A stretch of 64,000 bases of DNA from an uncultured Nitrospinota bacterium (lineage in GTDB: Bacteria > Tectomicrobia > Entotheonellia > J063 > CAVPRW01). Numbering within the stretch: the first letter of the stretch is position 1; every line of letters starts with the position of its first letter. Both the position numbers and the translations under genes were made by a program. The notes beneath the pieces are model-generated. The model was not told the origin of the DNA. It did no database searches and saw only the letters and a list, made by a program, of their open reading frames with translations. The stretch is from assembly GCA_963707985.1 (NCBI GenBank), contig CAVPRW010000010.1:256001-320000 (forward strand). Direction: 5' to 3'. Of the stretch, positions 39,829 to 50,715 are shown in pieces.

Positions 39829-41163
39829 ATGAAGCAGGCACAGGTAGAAGAGGCGCCCGTTCGTAAACATACACGTCTGTTCTATGGCTGGTGGATCGTT
39901 ATTGTAGGCTGTATCCTGGATGCCGTGAAGGGTGGTACATTCAACTCTGGGTTCTCCCTGTATTTCCTGCCTGTCCTCACCGAGCTGAATCTCAGTCGGG
40001 CCGCCACCTCCCTCCCGTTCTCCCTGGCAAAGCTCGAGTCCGCCCTGCAAGGCCCACTCATTGGGTATCTCATCGATCGCTTTGATTTGCGGGTCATGCT
40101 GGTCTCGGGGACCATTTTGGCCGGAGGGGGGTTTATCCTGCTGTCCTTCACACACAGCTATCTCACCTTCCTCCTGGTGTTTATGGGTCTTCTCAGTCTG
40201 GGGTTTCAGGCTGGCTTCAACCATGCCACGATGGCGGCTGTGAACCATTGGTTCCTGCGCAAGCGGGGAGTGGCCATGTCCATCGTCCAGACCGGCCAGG
40301 CGCTCGGTGGGGTCCTGATCTTCCCCCTGGTGGCCCTCGCCGTCCTGAAACTCGGCTGGCGTTCCGCCGCGTTCCTCTCCGGCATCGGCGTGCTGGCGAT
40401 GGTGCCTCTGGTCCTGGTGGTCCGTCGCTCCCCAGAGAGTATGGGCTTGCTGCCGGACGGCGAACCGCGAGCCAGGCGCGATCCATCAGCCGTCGTGACC
40501 AGTCGCGTGCGGCGGCTCCGAGAGCCGGAGGAGTTTACCGCCAGGGAGGCCTTCAGGACGCCGGCTTTCTGGCTAGTGGCCGCCTTCCACGGCTTGCGCA
40601 ACATTCCTTACGCAGGGGTGTCGGTGCACCTGGTGCCACTGCTCGTCTGGAAGGGGTTGGACGAGCATACGGCGGCGTTCTTCGTGGGATTGACAGCTTT
40701 CTGCGCTGTCATCGTCCGGCCCCTGACCGGGTGGATGGGAGACCGCTGGTCGAAGCAGAACATCGGTGCTATGGGGGTGATGCTGGGCGGACTGGGGCTT
40801 GTCGTGCTCGTGTGCAGCAATGGCGCACTCTGGACCATCGTTCTCTTCGCATTCTTGTCTTCATTTGCTGATGGCGTCAATTCTGTGACCTGGGCATTGG
40901 TCGGAGACTTTTTCGGCCGCAACCATTTCGCCTCGATCCGTGGTTGGATGGGCACGATTCAAAGCGTTGTGGCGATGCCAGGAGCAGTATTCACCGGCTG
41001 GATCTATGACCAGACACATAGCTATACCTATGCGGTGATTCCATTTATCTTTATCTACGCGCTGGCTGGCCTGGCATTGTGGCAGGCGCCTCGACCTAGA
41101 AAGCCACAGGGTGTGGACATCCCTGTAGGACAAGCGATGGACATCCAACCATCCCGGCCTTGA
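39829..41163 (+). CDS. MFS transporter
   Basis: FYGWWIV, GYLIDRFDLR, WFLRKRG, GWMGDRW; about 12 hydrophobic segments. Confidence 0.92.
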   Translation: MKQAQVEEAPVRKHTRLFYGWWIVIVGCILDAVKGGTFNSGFSLYFLPVLTELNLSRAATSLPFSLAKLESALQGPLIGYLIDRFDLRVMLVSGTILAGGGFILLSFTHSYLTFLLVFMGLLSLGFQAGFNHATMAAVNHWFLRKRGVAMSIVQTGQALGGVLIFPLVALAVLKLGWRSAAFLSGIGVLAMVPLVLVVRRSPESMGLLPDGEPRARRDPSAVVTSRVRRLREPEEFTAREAFRTPAFWLVAAFHGLRNIPYAGVSVHLVPLLVWKGLDEHTAAFFVGLTAFCAVIVRPLTGWMGDRWSKQNIGAMGVMLGGLGLVVLVCSNGALWTIVLFAFLSSFADGVNSVTWALVGDFFGRNHFASIRGWMGTIQSVVAMPGAVFTGWIYDQTHSYTYAVIPFIFIYALAGLALWQAPRPRKPQGVDIPVGQAMDIQPSRP

Positions 41164-41418
41164 ACCCATACGGGGATGCTGGCCATTCTGGAGGAGGTCG
41201 CGGCCCCAGATGGCGCTGCTGGCACCTCAGCGTCGTCATCGCGGCGGGTGCAGCTCCAAGTTGGTGCCCCGTTGGCCGGAGGCACATAGGAAGGAGAAAG
41301 ACAGACACTGCTGACGATACGGGACGCGTTCATGGTACCATACTGCCGGTAACCCCGAGACGTGCAGTGGTCCCACTACCGGGCTTCATCGAGAACTTTC
41401 ACAACTGGAACCTAGAGC

Positions 41419-42345
41419 ATGAACCTACATGTGTTTGCAGGCAATCCGCTTGACCGTAGTGATGTCCAACGCCGAGATCAGCAATGGCTCGAGGCCCAAG
41501 CGAAAAACCCTCAGAGCCGTTTCCTGCCCCTCTGGCAGCTGAACGTGTTGCTCTGCTCTGAGCCGGAGACCCGCCTTGGCTGGCTGAGCCCTGCCGATAT
41601 CGAGCGCCTGGAGATCGACGTCCCTCCGGTGTTCCTCGGCCAGCACGACGGCGTGGCGCACTTCGCCATCGATATTTCTCAGCTTGGCGACCCGCCACAC
41701 GAATTGGACCTCGATCAGGCCTGGCGGTTCGAAGAGGCGAGGGCTGCGGCCACACAGCTGAGCTCCGCCGAAACCGGCATCCTGGCGCAGAGCCGAGCGC
41801 AGATCGACTGGCACCGACGCCACCAATTTTGCAGCGTGTGCGGCCAGCGGACGGTCCAAGGTCGTGGCGGGCACGTGCGCCAGTGCTCGGGCTGCAAAGC
41901 GGAGCATTTTCCTCGTACCGACCCGGTCGCCATCATGGTCGTGTCCGACGGGGCTCGGTGCCTGTTGGGTCAGAGTCGCGGAAGGCTGTCGCGAACGGGG
42001 ACGTATTCCGCGTTGGCGGGCTTCATCGACCAGGGCGAGTCGATCGAAGAAGCGGTCCGCCGCGAAGTAAAGGAGGAGGCTGGCATCAAGGTGGGGCAGG
42101 TCCGTTACCATTCATCACAGCCCTGGCCCTTTCCCTCATCGCTGATGATCGGCTGTCATGGCAAGGCCCTGAGCACCGACATCCACATCGATGCCGGAGA
42201 GATGACCGACGTCCGGTGGTTCAGCCGCGATGAGGTTCTGGCCGCGCTCACGGGCGAACACCCGGACCTGCGGGTGCCGGCGCCGATTGCTATCGCGCAC
42301 CACCTGATCAAGGCCTGGGCCGAAGGCGACGTCCGCCTGGACTAA
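41419..42345 (+). CDS. nudC: NAD(H) pyrophosphatase
   Basis: FCSVCG..CSGC zinc ribbon, AGFIDQGESIEEAVRREVKEE Nudix box, SQPWPFPSSLM. Confidence 0.95.
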   Translation: MNLHVFAGNPLDRSDVQRRDQQWLEAQAKNPQSRFLPLWQLNVLLCSEPETRLGWLSPADIERLEIDVPPVFLGQHDGVAHFAIDISQLGDPPHELDLDQAWRFEEARAAATQLSSAETGILAQSRAQIDWHRRHQFCSVCGQRTVQGRGGHVRQCSGCKAEHFPRTDPVAIMVVSDGARCLLGQSRGRLSRTGTYSALAGFIDQGESIEEAVRREVKEEAGIKVGQVRYHSSQPWPFPSSLMIGCHGKALSTDIHIDAGEMTDVRWFSRDEVLAALTGEHPDLRVPAPIAIAHHLIKAWAEGDVRLD

Positions 42346-42468
42346 TCCAGGCGACAGATGCGGCCGCCCCCCGCTTGCATCCTACCAGGTGCAGTGCTAA
42401 GGTGGAAAGCCTCATCTACTCGCCATCGACGAGCACCAGGGGCCGAATTCCCGAGTGGAGGGCAGCGT

Positions 42469-43284
42469 GTGACTGCAGGCACAGCAGGACCGCTTCAGGC
42501 ATCATGGAGCTGGCTTATCACGGTCACGGTGGTCGGTCTGGCGCTGCTGGCAACTCCTTTAGCGTTGATGGGACAACCGTTGCCAACACCGCAGCCGGAA
42601 GCAAAGATTCCGGTGGTGGTGCTGGACCCCGGGCGGGGAGGTGCCAATGTCGGGAGCAGCGGAGCGACTGGGCTGTTGGAAAAGGATGTCACATTGCAGC
42701 TGGCCATTGAGGCCGGACGTCTCATCGAGGATTTGCTTGGAGCCCACGTCGTCCTCACCCGTACCGATGACACCGACGTGCCTCTCGATGCGCGCGCCGC
42801 GACGGCCAATCAGGCTGGTGGGGATCTCTTCATCAGCCTCCATGCCAGTGGCTCACTCGCAACGGCGCGACGGGAATTTCAGACCTTTTACTTCAATGAT
42901 CTCCAGGAGAAATCGCCTGCTGGACGCGAGCCGGAGAACGAGCGCGAGGTCACCGGTGAAGGAGGACCGCGGCGCCGCGGAGCGGCGGCGACGCCACCAG
43001 CCATCCTGTGGGATCAGGCACAGGTCGATTTTCTCGAGACCAGCCAGATGCTGGCACGCCTGCTGGATAAAAATCTACGGGCGCAGGTCGCAGAAGAGGG
43101 GCGAGGAGTCTTCGGTTTGCCTATCCTGTTGCTCCGCTGGCTGCGCATGCCGGCTGTGCTGCTGGATATCGGGACACCAAGCGATCCGGGCTTCGAAGCC
43201 AAACTGCGTGATGATGCCTATGTGCAGCGCGCTGCCTTGGGCATTGCGCAAGCCGTGAACGACTTTCAAGCGCTACAGCACTAA
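42469..43284 (+). CDS. Amidase_3-like protein with degenerate active site
   Basis: VVLDPGRGG, EKDVTL, LTRTDD, FISLHA, MPAVLLDIG; start uncertain. Confidence 0.82.
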   Translation: MTAGTAGPLQASWSWLITVTVVGLALLATPLALMGQPLPTPQPEAKIPVVVLDPGRGGANVGSSGATGLLEKDVTLQLAIEAGRLIEDLLGAHVVLTRTDDTDVPLDARAATANQAGGDLFISLHASGSLATARREFQTFYFNDLQEKSPAGREPENEREVTGEGGPRRRGAAATPPAILWDQAQVDFLETSQMLARLLDKNLRAQVAEEGRGVFGLPILLLRWLRMPAVLLDIGTPSDPGFEAKLRDDAYVQRAALGIAQAVNDFQALQH

Positions 43285-43293
43285 GGCATCGCC

Positions 43294-43896
43294 ATGAGGG
43301 GAGGTTACAGGGTCAGATCAATTCGGGCGAAGTCGAGGGCGAGTTCCTGGGGCTGGATTGGCGCGGGGATTCTGCTAGTGCTGAGCGTGGGAGCGCTATG
43401 GTGGTTGCTGGGGTTGCCTGGCATGAATCGTATGCCGCTCGATATCACCGAGCGTGGGAGCAATACCCCCCCTGGAGAGGATCTCAGTCTCTGGTTTGCT
43501 TCTCGACAGGAAGATGCGCTGGTCTTGGAGAGACGCCGCGTGCCTCCAAACCAGACTCCGATTGACCGGGTGAAGGCCAGCCTTGCGGAGTTGATTGCCG
43601 GACCCAAAAGCGCTGCTTTGCGAACGGTACCCGCCGAGGTGAAATTCCGTGAAGTCTTTATCGATGACCAGGGGACGGCCTACATCGATTTTAGCGAGGC
43701 GCTGAGGCAGACCCACCCAGGCGGGCCGTGGGCAGAAATGCTGACGCTGCGATCGATCATGCAAACCCTCGTGGCCAACGTCCCAGAGATTAAACGGGTG
43801 CAGATTCTGATCGAAGGACACGAGGTGGAGACCCTCGCCGGCCATATCGATATCCGTAGACCCCTTGACACGACCTGGATCATCAATCAACGCTGA
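43294..43896 (+). CDS. GerMN domain protein
   Basis: N-terminal TM; ELIAGP, AYIDFS, IMQTL, VQILIEG..TLAGHID. Confidence 0.88.
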   Translation: MRGGYRVRSIRAKSRASSWGWIGAGILLVLSVGALWWLLGLPGMNRMPLDITERGSNTPPGEDLSLWFASRQEDALVLERRRVPPNQTPIDRVKASLAELIAGPKSAALRTVPAEVKFREVFIDDQGTAYIDFSEALRQTHPGGPWAEMLTLRSIMQTLVANVPEIKRVQILIEGHEVETLAGHIDIRRPLDTTWIINQR

Positions 43897-43916
43897 GTCA
43901 GGTAGAGGAGAGATGT

Positions 43917-44714
43917 GTGAGAGCTGATGGGCGACAACCCGACGAGTTACGACCGGTACGTTTCACACGTCACTTCAATAAATACGCTGAAGGCTCGGTT
44001 CTCATCGAGGTTGGGGATACGAAGGTCATCTGTACGGCGAGCGTTGAAGAGGGGGTCCCGCCATTTCGTCGGGACAGCGGCGAGGGCTGGCTGACGGCGG
44101 AGTACGCGATGTTGCCACGGTCCACGGGCACACGCAACCCGCGCGAATCGGCGCGTGGACGTATTGGCGGACGAACGCATGAAATCCAGCGGCTGATCGG
44201 CCGTTCGCTGCGAGCGGTAGTGGATTTCCAGAGGTTGGGGCAGCGCACTGTCTGGATCGATTGCGATGTCATCCAAGCTGACGGGGGGACGCGCACAGCA
44301 TCGATCACCGGGAGCTTTATCGCCGTCTTCGATGCCCTGGAGCACCTGCATGCGCAGGGCGTCATTCCGGAGGTTCCGCTGTGGGATTATGTGGCAGCGA
44401 CCAGTGTGGGCATCGTTGCCGAACAACCCCTCCTTGATCTGAGCTATGAGGAGGATTCAGCCTGTGAGGTCGACATGAACGTCGTCATGACCGGTGCTGG
44501 ACGGTTGATCGAGGTACAGGGGACGGCCGAGCACCAACCGTTTGCACGAGAGGATCTGGACCAGTTGCTGGATTTGGCGACGCACGGTGTGGATCAACTG
44601 GTTGCCCTGCAACGCGGTCTCATTGGGGAGGATGGTTTTGCGCTTAACGCTCCTCGTCGGAACCACGAATTCGGGAAAGCTCGTCGAGATCCAGAGAATC
44701 TTGTCGGGGCTTGA
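43917..44714 (+). CDS. rph: ribonuclease PH
   Basis: [48 protein letters not shown]; 3' end overlaps rdgB by 83 nt. Confidence 0.97.
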   Translation: MRADGRQPDELRPVRFTRHFNKYAEGSVLIEVGDTKVICTASVEEGVPPFRRDSGEGWLTAEYAMLPRSTGTRNPRESARGRIGGRTHEIQRLIGRSLRAVVDFQRLGQRTVWIDCDVIQADGGTRTASITGSFIAVFDALEHLHAQGVIPEVPLWDYVAATSVGIVAEQPLLDLSYEEDSACEVDMNVVMTGAGRLIEVQGTAEHQPFAREDLDQLLDLATHGVDQLVALQRGLIGEDGFALNAPRRNHEFGKARRDPENLVGA

Positions 44715-45258
44715 CCTCGACCTCCGCCCGTTGGCTGATTTCGAGCCAGCACCCGAGGTGGTCGAGGACGGTCTGACCTATCATGACAACGCCGTCAAGA
44801 AGGCACAGACGATCGCTGCCTGGAGCGGTCAGCTGACCCTGGCGGACGATTCTGGCCTGGAAGTGGCGGCCCTAGGGGGCGAGCCTGGCGTCCGTACGGC
44901 ACGGTTTGGCGGCCCTGGGCTGAGCTCCCGTGAGCGCTGCCTGTATCTGCTGGAACGTCTGCACGGTGTCCCGGACCGCCAGCGGCAAGCGGTCTTTCGC
45001 TGTGTGGTAGTGCTGATGGAGCCCGCCGGGCGGATGATCGTGCGTGAGGGGCAGTGTCCAGGGGTGATCGGGCATGACCTGCGAGGTGAAGGCGGCTTTG
45101 GGTATGATCCGCTCTTCTGGTTGCCGGAGCACGGATGCACGTTTGCCGAGCTGTCATCGGAGCAAAAGGACGCGAGCAGCCACCGCGCCAAGGCGCTGCG
45201 AGCCTTGATTCCGGTGCTCACCGTGCTGGCTCAGGGCGGTCCATGGCCGGAAGAATGA
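44632..45258 (+). CDS. rdgB: dITP/XTP pyrophosphatase
   Basis: [35 protein letters not shown]. Confidence 0.95.
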   Translation: MVLRLTLLVGTTNSGKLVEIQRILSGLDLDLRPLADFEPAPEVVEDGLTYHDNAVKKAQTIAAWSGQLTLADDSGLEVAALGGEPGVRTARFGGPGLSSRERCLYLLERLHGVPDRQRQAVFRCVVVLMEPAGRMIVREGQCPGVIGHDLRGEGGFGYDPLFWLPEHGCTFAELSSEQKDASSHRAKALRALIPVLTVLAQGGPWPEE

Positions 45259-45334
45259 GCCTTGCGGTTTTTGCCGCGGTGTGCTAGATATACTGCACCT
45301 TCTTGAAGGTGCCGGGAAGTGGTTGCAAGTCAGT

Positions 45335-45413
<79 letters not shown>

Positions 45414-45425
45414 TATGACGCACAA

Positions 45426-45499
45426 GCGCCCGTAGCTCAAACGGATAGAGCACGAGCCTTCTAAGCTTGGGGTTGCAGGTTCGATTCCTGCCGGGCGCG
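45426..45499 (+). tRNA. tRNA-Arg(TCT)
   Basis: GCGCCCG/CGGGCGC acceptor stem, CGAGC-CTTCTAA-GCTTG anticodon arm, GGTTCGATTCC; no encoded CCA. Confidence 0.95.
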
Positions 45500-45540
45500 C
45501 TGGCTCGGGCGCTCTCCCTACGGACGACCGAACGGTTGAT

Positions 45541-45613
45541 GGTGGGCGTAGCTCAGCGGCAGAGCACTGGGTTGTGGCCCCAGGGGTCGCGGGTTCAAAT
45601 CCCGTCGCTCACC
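45541..45613 (+). tRNA. tRNA-His(GTG)
   Basis: G-1 plus GTGGGCG/CGCTCAC-C acceptor stem, CTGGG-TTGTGGC-CCCAG anticodon arm, GGTTCAAATCC. Confidence 0.95.
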
Positions 45614-45623
45614 CTTTGTACAA

Positions 45624-45910
45624 TTAGCCATTAGCGCGCTCCTGATCGGACGGTTGAGAGCCAACTATGAGTGAACTTTGGGTTTCGAGCTTCTGAGAGG
45701 CTTCCAAGAGGTCACCATCGCTCACAATCGCATACCGACGGTAGACGCTCTCGGAGCGATGGCCTGACACTTTGGTCGCCTCCGAAAGGGGAACTCCCAC
45801 ACGCTCCACGTTCCGAATGGCAGTACGTCGAAAATCGTGCCGCAGCATTCCAGGGCATCCGTCCTTCTTACATGCGGTTTTCCAGGCTTTCTTGAAGCCC
45901 TTAATTCTCG
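45624..45910 (-). pseudogene. tyrosine integrase C-terminal remnant
   Basis: FKKAWKTACK..HDFRRTAIRN..SGHRSESVYRRY (HxxR, H, Y catalytic residues); ends 10 nt from tRNA-His. Confidence 0.85.
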
Positions 45911-46088
45911 CCCCCTTGAATCTTCCCTCTAAGCTCGACTTTCGCCCTTTGTACGGTCAAGAGTCGGAAATTTGCACGGTCCTACCGGCAAGAGTCGGAA
46001 GCCGGCAGGGAAGAACAGGCTTTCATGGTGAAATAGTCGCAAGCCTCTGTCTCCCTCGGACAACCCACGCTCTGGAAGCGGTTTGAGC

Positions 46089-46215
46089 ATGAAGGTTCCT
46101 AATGTTGCCTTGCCCATCCTGACAAGGCTTCGGCCGACGTGTTCCCCTCCCCCCTCCCATCGATGCCTTGGCCTCCTGGTTAGCGCTCTGCTGACGACGG
46201 GGAGACGGACTGTCG
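46089..46215 (+). pseudogene. possible IS701-like transposase N-terminal fragment
   Basis: LLVSALLTTGRRTV; short and degenerate. Confidence 0.3.
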
Positions 46216-46708
46216 ATCATCGCCTGTTTGGCTTCAACCGAATCAGGCAGCTTTTTTTTCTACCGTTGTAAACTAGCTCAACATAGTGAGTTGTAAGATT
46301 GAAACATCGTAGCAGGTGATAATCCTTTAGAATCAGGTGGTGCCACGGTGGTGACTAGCGCAAAATGCGATCGAGAAGCTCGTAACTGGCTGAAATGACT
46401 AGGGCTGCCCCAGGCCCAGTCACGTCTCAAGAGTGAGTTTTACACCGGTAGTTTTGTTCAGCCACGCTAGGTCCATCGTGAGGCGGCCGATGGCTGTAGA
46501 GTGCTTCCTCTCGTTCGCGGCCACGGTGGTGACTGGCCGCAGCCGGCTGAATGGCGGGCTCCACCACGAGCCGCGGCCGTTTTCACTCCCGGCCTGTGAG
46601 CCAGGCCCGTATGGTTGTTTCCTGCGGCTCTCGGCGGCGTGGGCTGAGCCCCACCAAGCGACGCAAGCGTGGCACGCCTGTCTGCACCCGTGCCTGCGAC
46701 CACGTCCC

Positions 46709-47908
46709 CTAGACATGCTGCCGCAGGGTATCGAGGCCGAGGCCGGTCAGCACCCAACGACTGACCGGCCGAGGCGCCCTGGGCGTGTCGGTGGGCAAGT
46801 GCGCCCGGCTCATGGCCATCGCCTCTTCTGGCAAGGCCCAGGCCATGAGCCACGCCCGGACCGTGGCTTCCACACTGGTGGGGGGGGTACTCCGGATGTG
46901 ATGGAGCTGGAGCAACGGTTTCATTCGTTGACACACGAGTTCCACGGGCCAGCGTGCCCGATACAGGCGCAGGACGTCGCCCAGCGACCACGCAGTGGCG
47001 GCCAGCGTGGGGACGAGTCGCACCCACGCCGCCAGGCGTCACGCCGTCGCGCTCGGCGTCCGCCCCTGCGTTTGGGCCTGGTGCCGCACCCGTCGCCGGG
47101 CGATGGCCGCGGCCGCGGGCGGGAGCTCAGCGGCCAACAGCCGGACGGCATCGCGCTGGTGCTGCCAGGCGCACCACCCATGCCATGCCCGCGTGGCCGG
47201 GCCTGGCGGCTGCAGCCATGGCACGACCTCGAAGGCCTCCCCCGCCACCGTGTCCAGCGGGAAGGTGGCGGGTGTGCCCCGCAGCACACTGTGCGCCTGC
47301 GGGTGGGTCGCGCTGGCGACGCTCGCACGGTCGCCAGCGCCGTGGTCGGCGACCGCGAGGTCACCGGGCTGCAGGGCAACGGGCACCAGACGTTCGCCCC
47401 CGTACCGATCCGTCACACGGACCTGGGCGAGCCGGCCCGCGGTGCAGTCATACGCCACAGGCAGCCGCCAGTCGTCCCCCGTGCCGCCCGGCTGCCGGAG
47501 CGTGCTCGCCTCCACGCGCAGCACACGGCCCCGAGGGCAGGAGGACTGCGGGGCGACCGCCCGTGGGGTGGCCCCCAAGGCGCTCAGGCGCCAGAGCCAC
47601 CAGGGATGACAGGCCCGCAACCGTTTGCGCCAGGCGGTCTCTGCGAGATCCGCGAGCCCGATCAGCACGGCCCAAGCGCCGAGACGCCGGGTCGACAGGG
47701 CGCCTAGGACATCGGCCAGCACCGCCCGCAAGAGGTCGACCGGGGTGGCGAGGCCGCGCACCCGTTGGAAGGCTTGATGCGTGCGGGCCTGGGCGGCGAG
47801 ATCCGCAGGCAACCGTGGCACCACCTCATGGGCCCACGTCTCCTCCACGAGCGCCAGTGGTGCCTCACCGGGACGATCGGTCTGATGGGTCAAGACCCGC
47901 AGAGACAC
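46709..47908 (-). mobile_element. IS4-family transposase pseudogene
   Basis: [49 protein letters not shown] (YREK motif); broken near 47039. Confidence 0.78.
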
Positions 47909-47989
47909 CTCCGGAAGATGGTCATGGTCTGGCCACCATCATCTGAGCGGAAGGCCTGTGCTGGCCCTAGTCTCCATTGTTGAGGCGCT

Positions 47990-48198
47990 TCAGTTCGCGC
48001 CTATGGGATGTACCCCCTGCTCGCTGGCCAGTTCATGGATCATTTTCAACCCCTTCTCGGCTTCCGGGGCCAGTTGAAACTTCAACTGCGCACTATACTG
48101 ATGGCGTTGCTTCGACATTGATTTGACCCTCCACTGGCTGGGTTGTGTAGCGTTTCTTTCCACCTTCACCACTGGTCCAGTTTTTGGGGTCAATTATA
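47990..48198 (-). mobile_element. IS3-family left end with orfA fragment
   Basis: End sequence TATAATTGACCCCAAAAACTGGACCA; MSKQRHQYSAQLKFQLA..IHELASEQGVHP (HTH_Tnp_1-like). Confidence 0.72.
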
Positions 48199-48283
48199 GG
48201 AGTACCCGTTGAGCCATACTCCGCGGTGCTGCCGTGCTCCCCTTTGCTGCGCTCTGGTGGTCGCTTAGCAACGCGGCTGGCCT

Positions 48284-48529
48284 CTATGCGATAGATCCTT
48301 CCGCCGATACAGGCTCGCATAGGTAAAGGGAAAATTCTGCAACAACCAATTCCACGAAAAAGGGATAGTTCGTGATGAACTCTTCAATCGTATGCTTGCT
48401 CTCGTTGCTCCACCAGAAACCCTGCCAATTCCCGTGCTCTTGCCGATACGCCCACTCAATTTTCCCACTTTCCAACATACGCACCCGAGCGACAAGATCG
48501 TCATGCCGAAAAACATCATATATTCTCAT
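48284..48529 (-). CDS. small hypothetical protein (AT-richer, 5' end degenerate)
   Basis: ORF only; the upstream AAGGAG-ATG at 48574 hits immediate stops. Confidence 0.3.
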   Translation of the reverse strand: MRIYDVFRHDDLVARVRMLESGKIEWAYRQEHGNWQGFWWSNESKHTIEEFITNYPFFVELVVAEFSLYLCEPVSAEGSIA

Positions 48530-48664
48530 CGACTTGTGTCACTCTCATGATCATAAAATACCAAATTATACCATTTTTCACTCCTTTCTATATCGCCAGA
48601 TTTTTTGCGGGCATGAGTTTCCACGAGAGACCACCTCTCAGAGTTCACTTTCGGGTATACTAAC

Positions 48665-48845
48665 TTACGGTTGGCTCAAATTTTGAGGGATTTCAAAAAT
48701 TATGGTAGGGTCTCGGTCGTAGAGAAGGAACACTGGTGAGAGCATCCGTTGCGGCGTTATGGCGGCTGAGACGCCACCGTGCGGCTGGAGCGGGACGACC
48801 ATGCGACGGGGTTGATCCGTTTGTTGTCCATCGGGTTGAAGGTTC
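48665..48845 (+). mobile_element. IS1634-like remnant
   Basis: TTACGGTTGGCTCA end-like sequence; LERDDHATGLIRLLSIGLKV resembles an IS1634 transposase C-terminal motif. Confidence 0.5.
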
Positions 48846-48846
48846 C

Positions 48847-49910
48847 CTGGGATCCTGCGTACTGTGGCGGGAAGCTGCTTGAGGAGGACGCGTACGCCCG
48901 GAATTTCGTCGAGGTTGAGGCGGTGGAGGCGATGGGCTGGGACTATATTTGGCTTGGGGGCGGTCACTTTTCCAAGCAGGCGAGTATGGATCCGCAGGTG
49001 CTCCTGCTTGCCGCGGTGATCGCCGGCCGCACCCGTCGGATGAAGATCAGGTCGTCCGTCCACCGCCCGGTGTTGAGGCAACCCGGAGAGACGGCCGCCG
49101 CACGAGCACTGCCCCATGAACGATACGCGTTTGATCATCTGATGCTGGAAGACCCCTTACAGGTCGCGGAACAGGTCGCCATCGTCGACCAGGTCAGCCA
49201 AGGTCGGTTCATTTACGGCGTGGGCGGGCGCACGCGCGGCTCTGAGGCCCGTCGGGAGCACTTCTTTGAGTTCCTGGAGGTCCTGAAGCAGCTCTGGACG
49301 GAGGAGCACTTCTCTGGGTTCGAGGGGCAGTATTACCACTACCCCGCGTTCTACGAACCCTACCTCGCCATCCCGAAGCCCTACCAGAAGCCCTATCCGC
49401 CCATGTTGCTGCCCGGTGGATAGCCAGGAGAGCTTCGTGCCCATGGGCACCAGGGGCTATCGCATCGCCATCGGAGCTGGCAGCTCTCCGCACAACCTCA
49501 GAGGCTCCACGGTGCTCAAGGAAGACGTCAAACGCTACCGGCAGGCCTGGAAGGACGCGGGGCACCCCGGCGACCCGACGACCGTGGTCCGCATCCCCAC
49601 CCTATTGGCCGACACGACCGCGGAGGCCACGCGCCAGACGGAGGCCCTCATGCATCTCTCCCGGCGCTATTACGCCGGACGGGTGGGGATCGGCAGCACC
49701 GACGCGGGCTCAGCTAGCCCCGAGGCGACGGAGGAAGTCAACCTCTTTGGGACACCGGAAGAAGTGGTCGACAAGATTCAGATGCTCCAGGACGACTTTA
49801 GCACCGACGAGATCATGTTCGAGGTCAACTGGACGTCATCGGTCCCGCGCGACGTCGTGATGAATACCATGCGGATCCTCACCGACAAGGTGATCCCCAA
49901 GTTCAAGTAA
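48847..49910 (+). pseudogene. LLM-class flavin-dependent oxidoreductase, 5'-truncated, frameshift near 49415
   Basis: EAMGWDYIWLGGGHF, PLQVAEQVAIVDQVSQGRFIYGVG, PKPYQKPYPP, FGTPEEV, DKVIPKF. Confidence 0.85.
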
Positions 49911-50108
49911 CGCCAGGAACCCTTCACGCTGTGCACGGTCCGAGCGCCCATGGGTGCCAACACCGTGACAGAATATCTCGCCATGTTTGTCGAATCCATG
50001 GGTGAGGGCGAACACGACCGCCCAGTAAGACGTCTGCCGTCTCCTGATCCCTGGCGGAAAGGAACGCGCCAGCCGGAGAGGCGCAAGGGCATCGCTCTGG
50101 AGCATTCG

Positions 50109-50666
50109 TCAACGTTGTTTCGATGCAAGCACCGCGACCGCAGCCTTGCAGCGCTCCGGCCAGAGCGCCGCGATGATGTTGGCCGTCCGCGCTCCCCAAT
50201 CATACCCGGCGAGGATCGCTTTCTCGATCTTCAGCGCATCCATCAACGCGATGATATCGAGAGCGACCACCGACGGCTGGGCATTCCGGAAGGTTCCACT
50301 GGCAAGAAAGCGCGTCGTGCCGTAGCCGCGCAGATGCGGCACGATCACCCTGTAGCCCGCCGCCGCCAGCACAGGCGCGACATCGACGAAGCTGTGAATA
50401 TCGTAGGGCCAGCCGTGCAGAAGCATGACCGGAGGCCCATCGGTGGAGCCGGCTTCAGCGTATCCAACATTCAGGACGCCGGCGTCGATCTGCTGCAGTG
50501 CGCCGAATGACGTGTGCGTCCCGGGCTTCATCGTGGTCGCATCTGCCGGGTGTATCGTGCTGGATTGTGCGTCCGCAGAACCGATTCTGACGGGCTTGGC
50601 GGCAGCAATGGTCATGACCGCAATGCCCAAAAAGCGGCGGCGATCATGGTTGATTTCCCCGGACAT
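50109..50666 (-). pseudogene. Tat-type alpha/beta hydrolase, 3'-truncated
   Basis: DRRRFLG, LLHGWPYD, LRGYG, GYDWG; ends before the acid/His residues. Confidence 0.85.
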
Positions 50667-50715
50667 TGATCTCTCTCCAATTGGATTCAAAGCAGTTACG
50701 AAAAGACGGTTCGGA

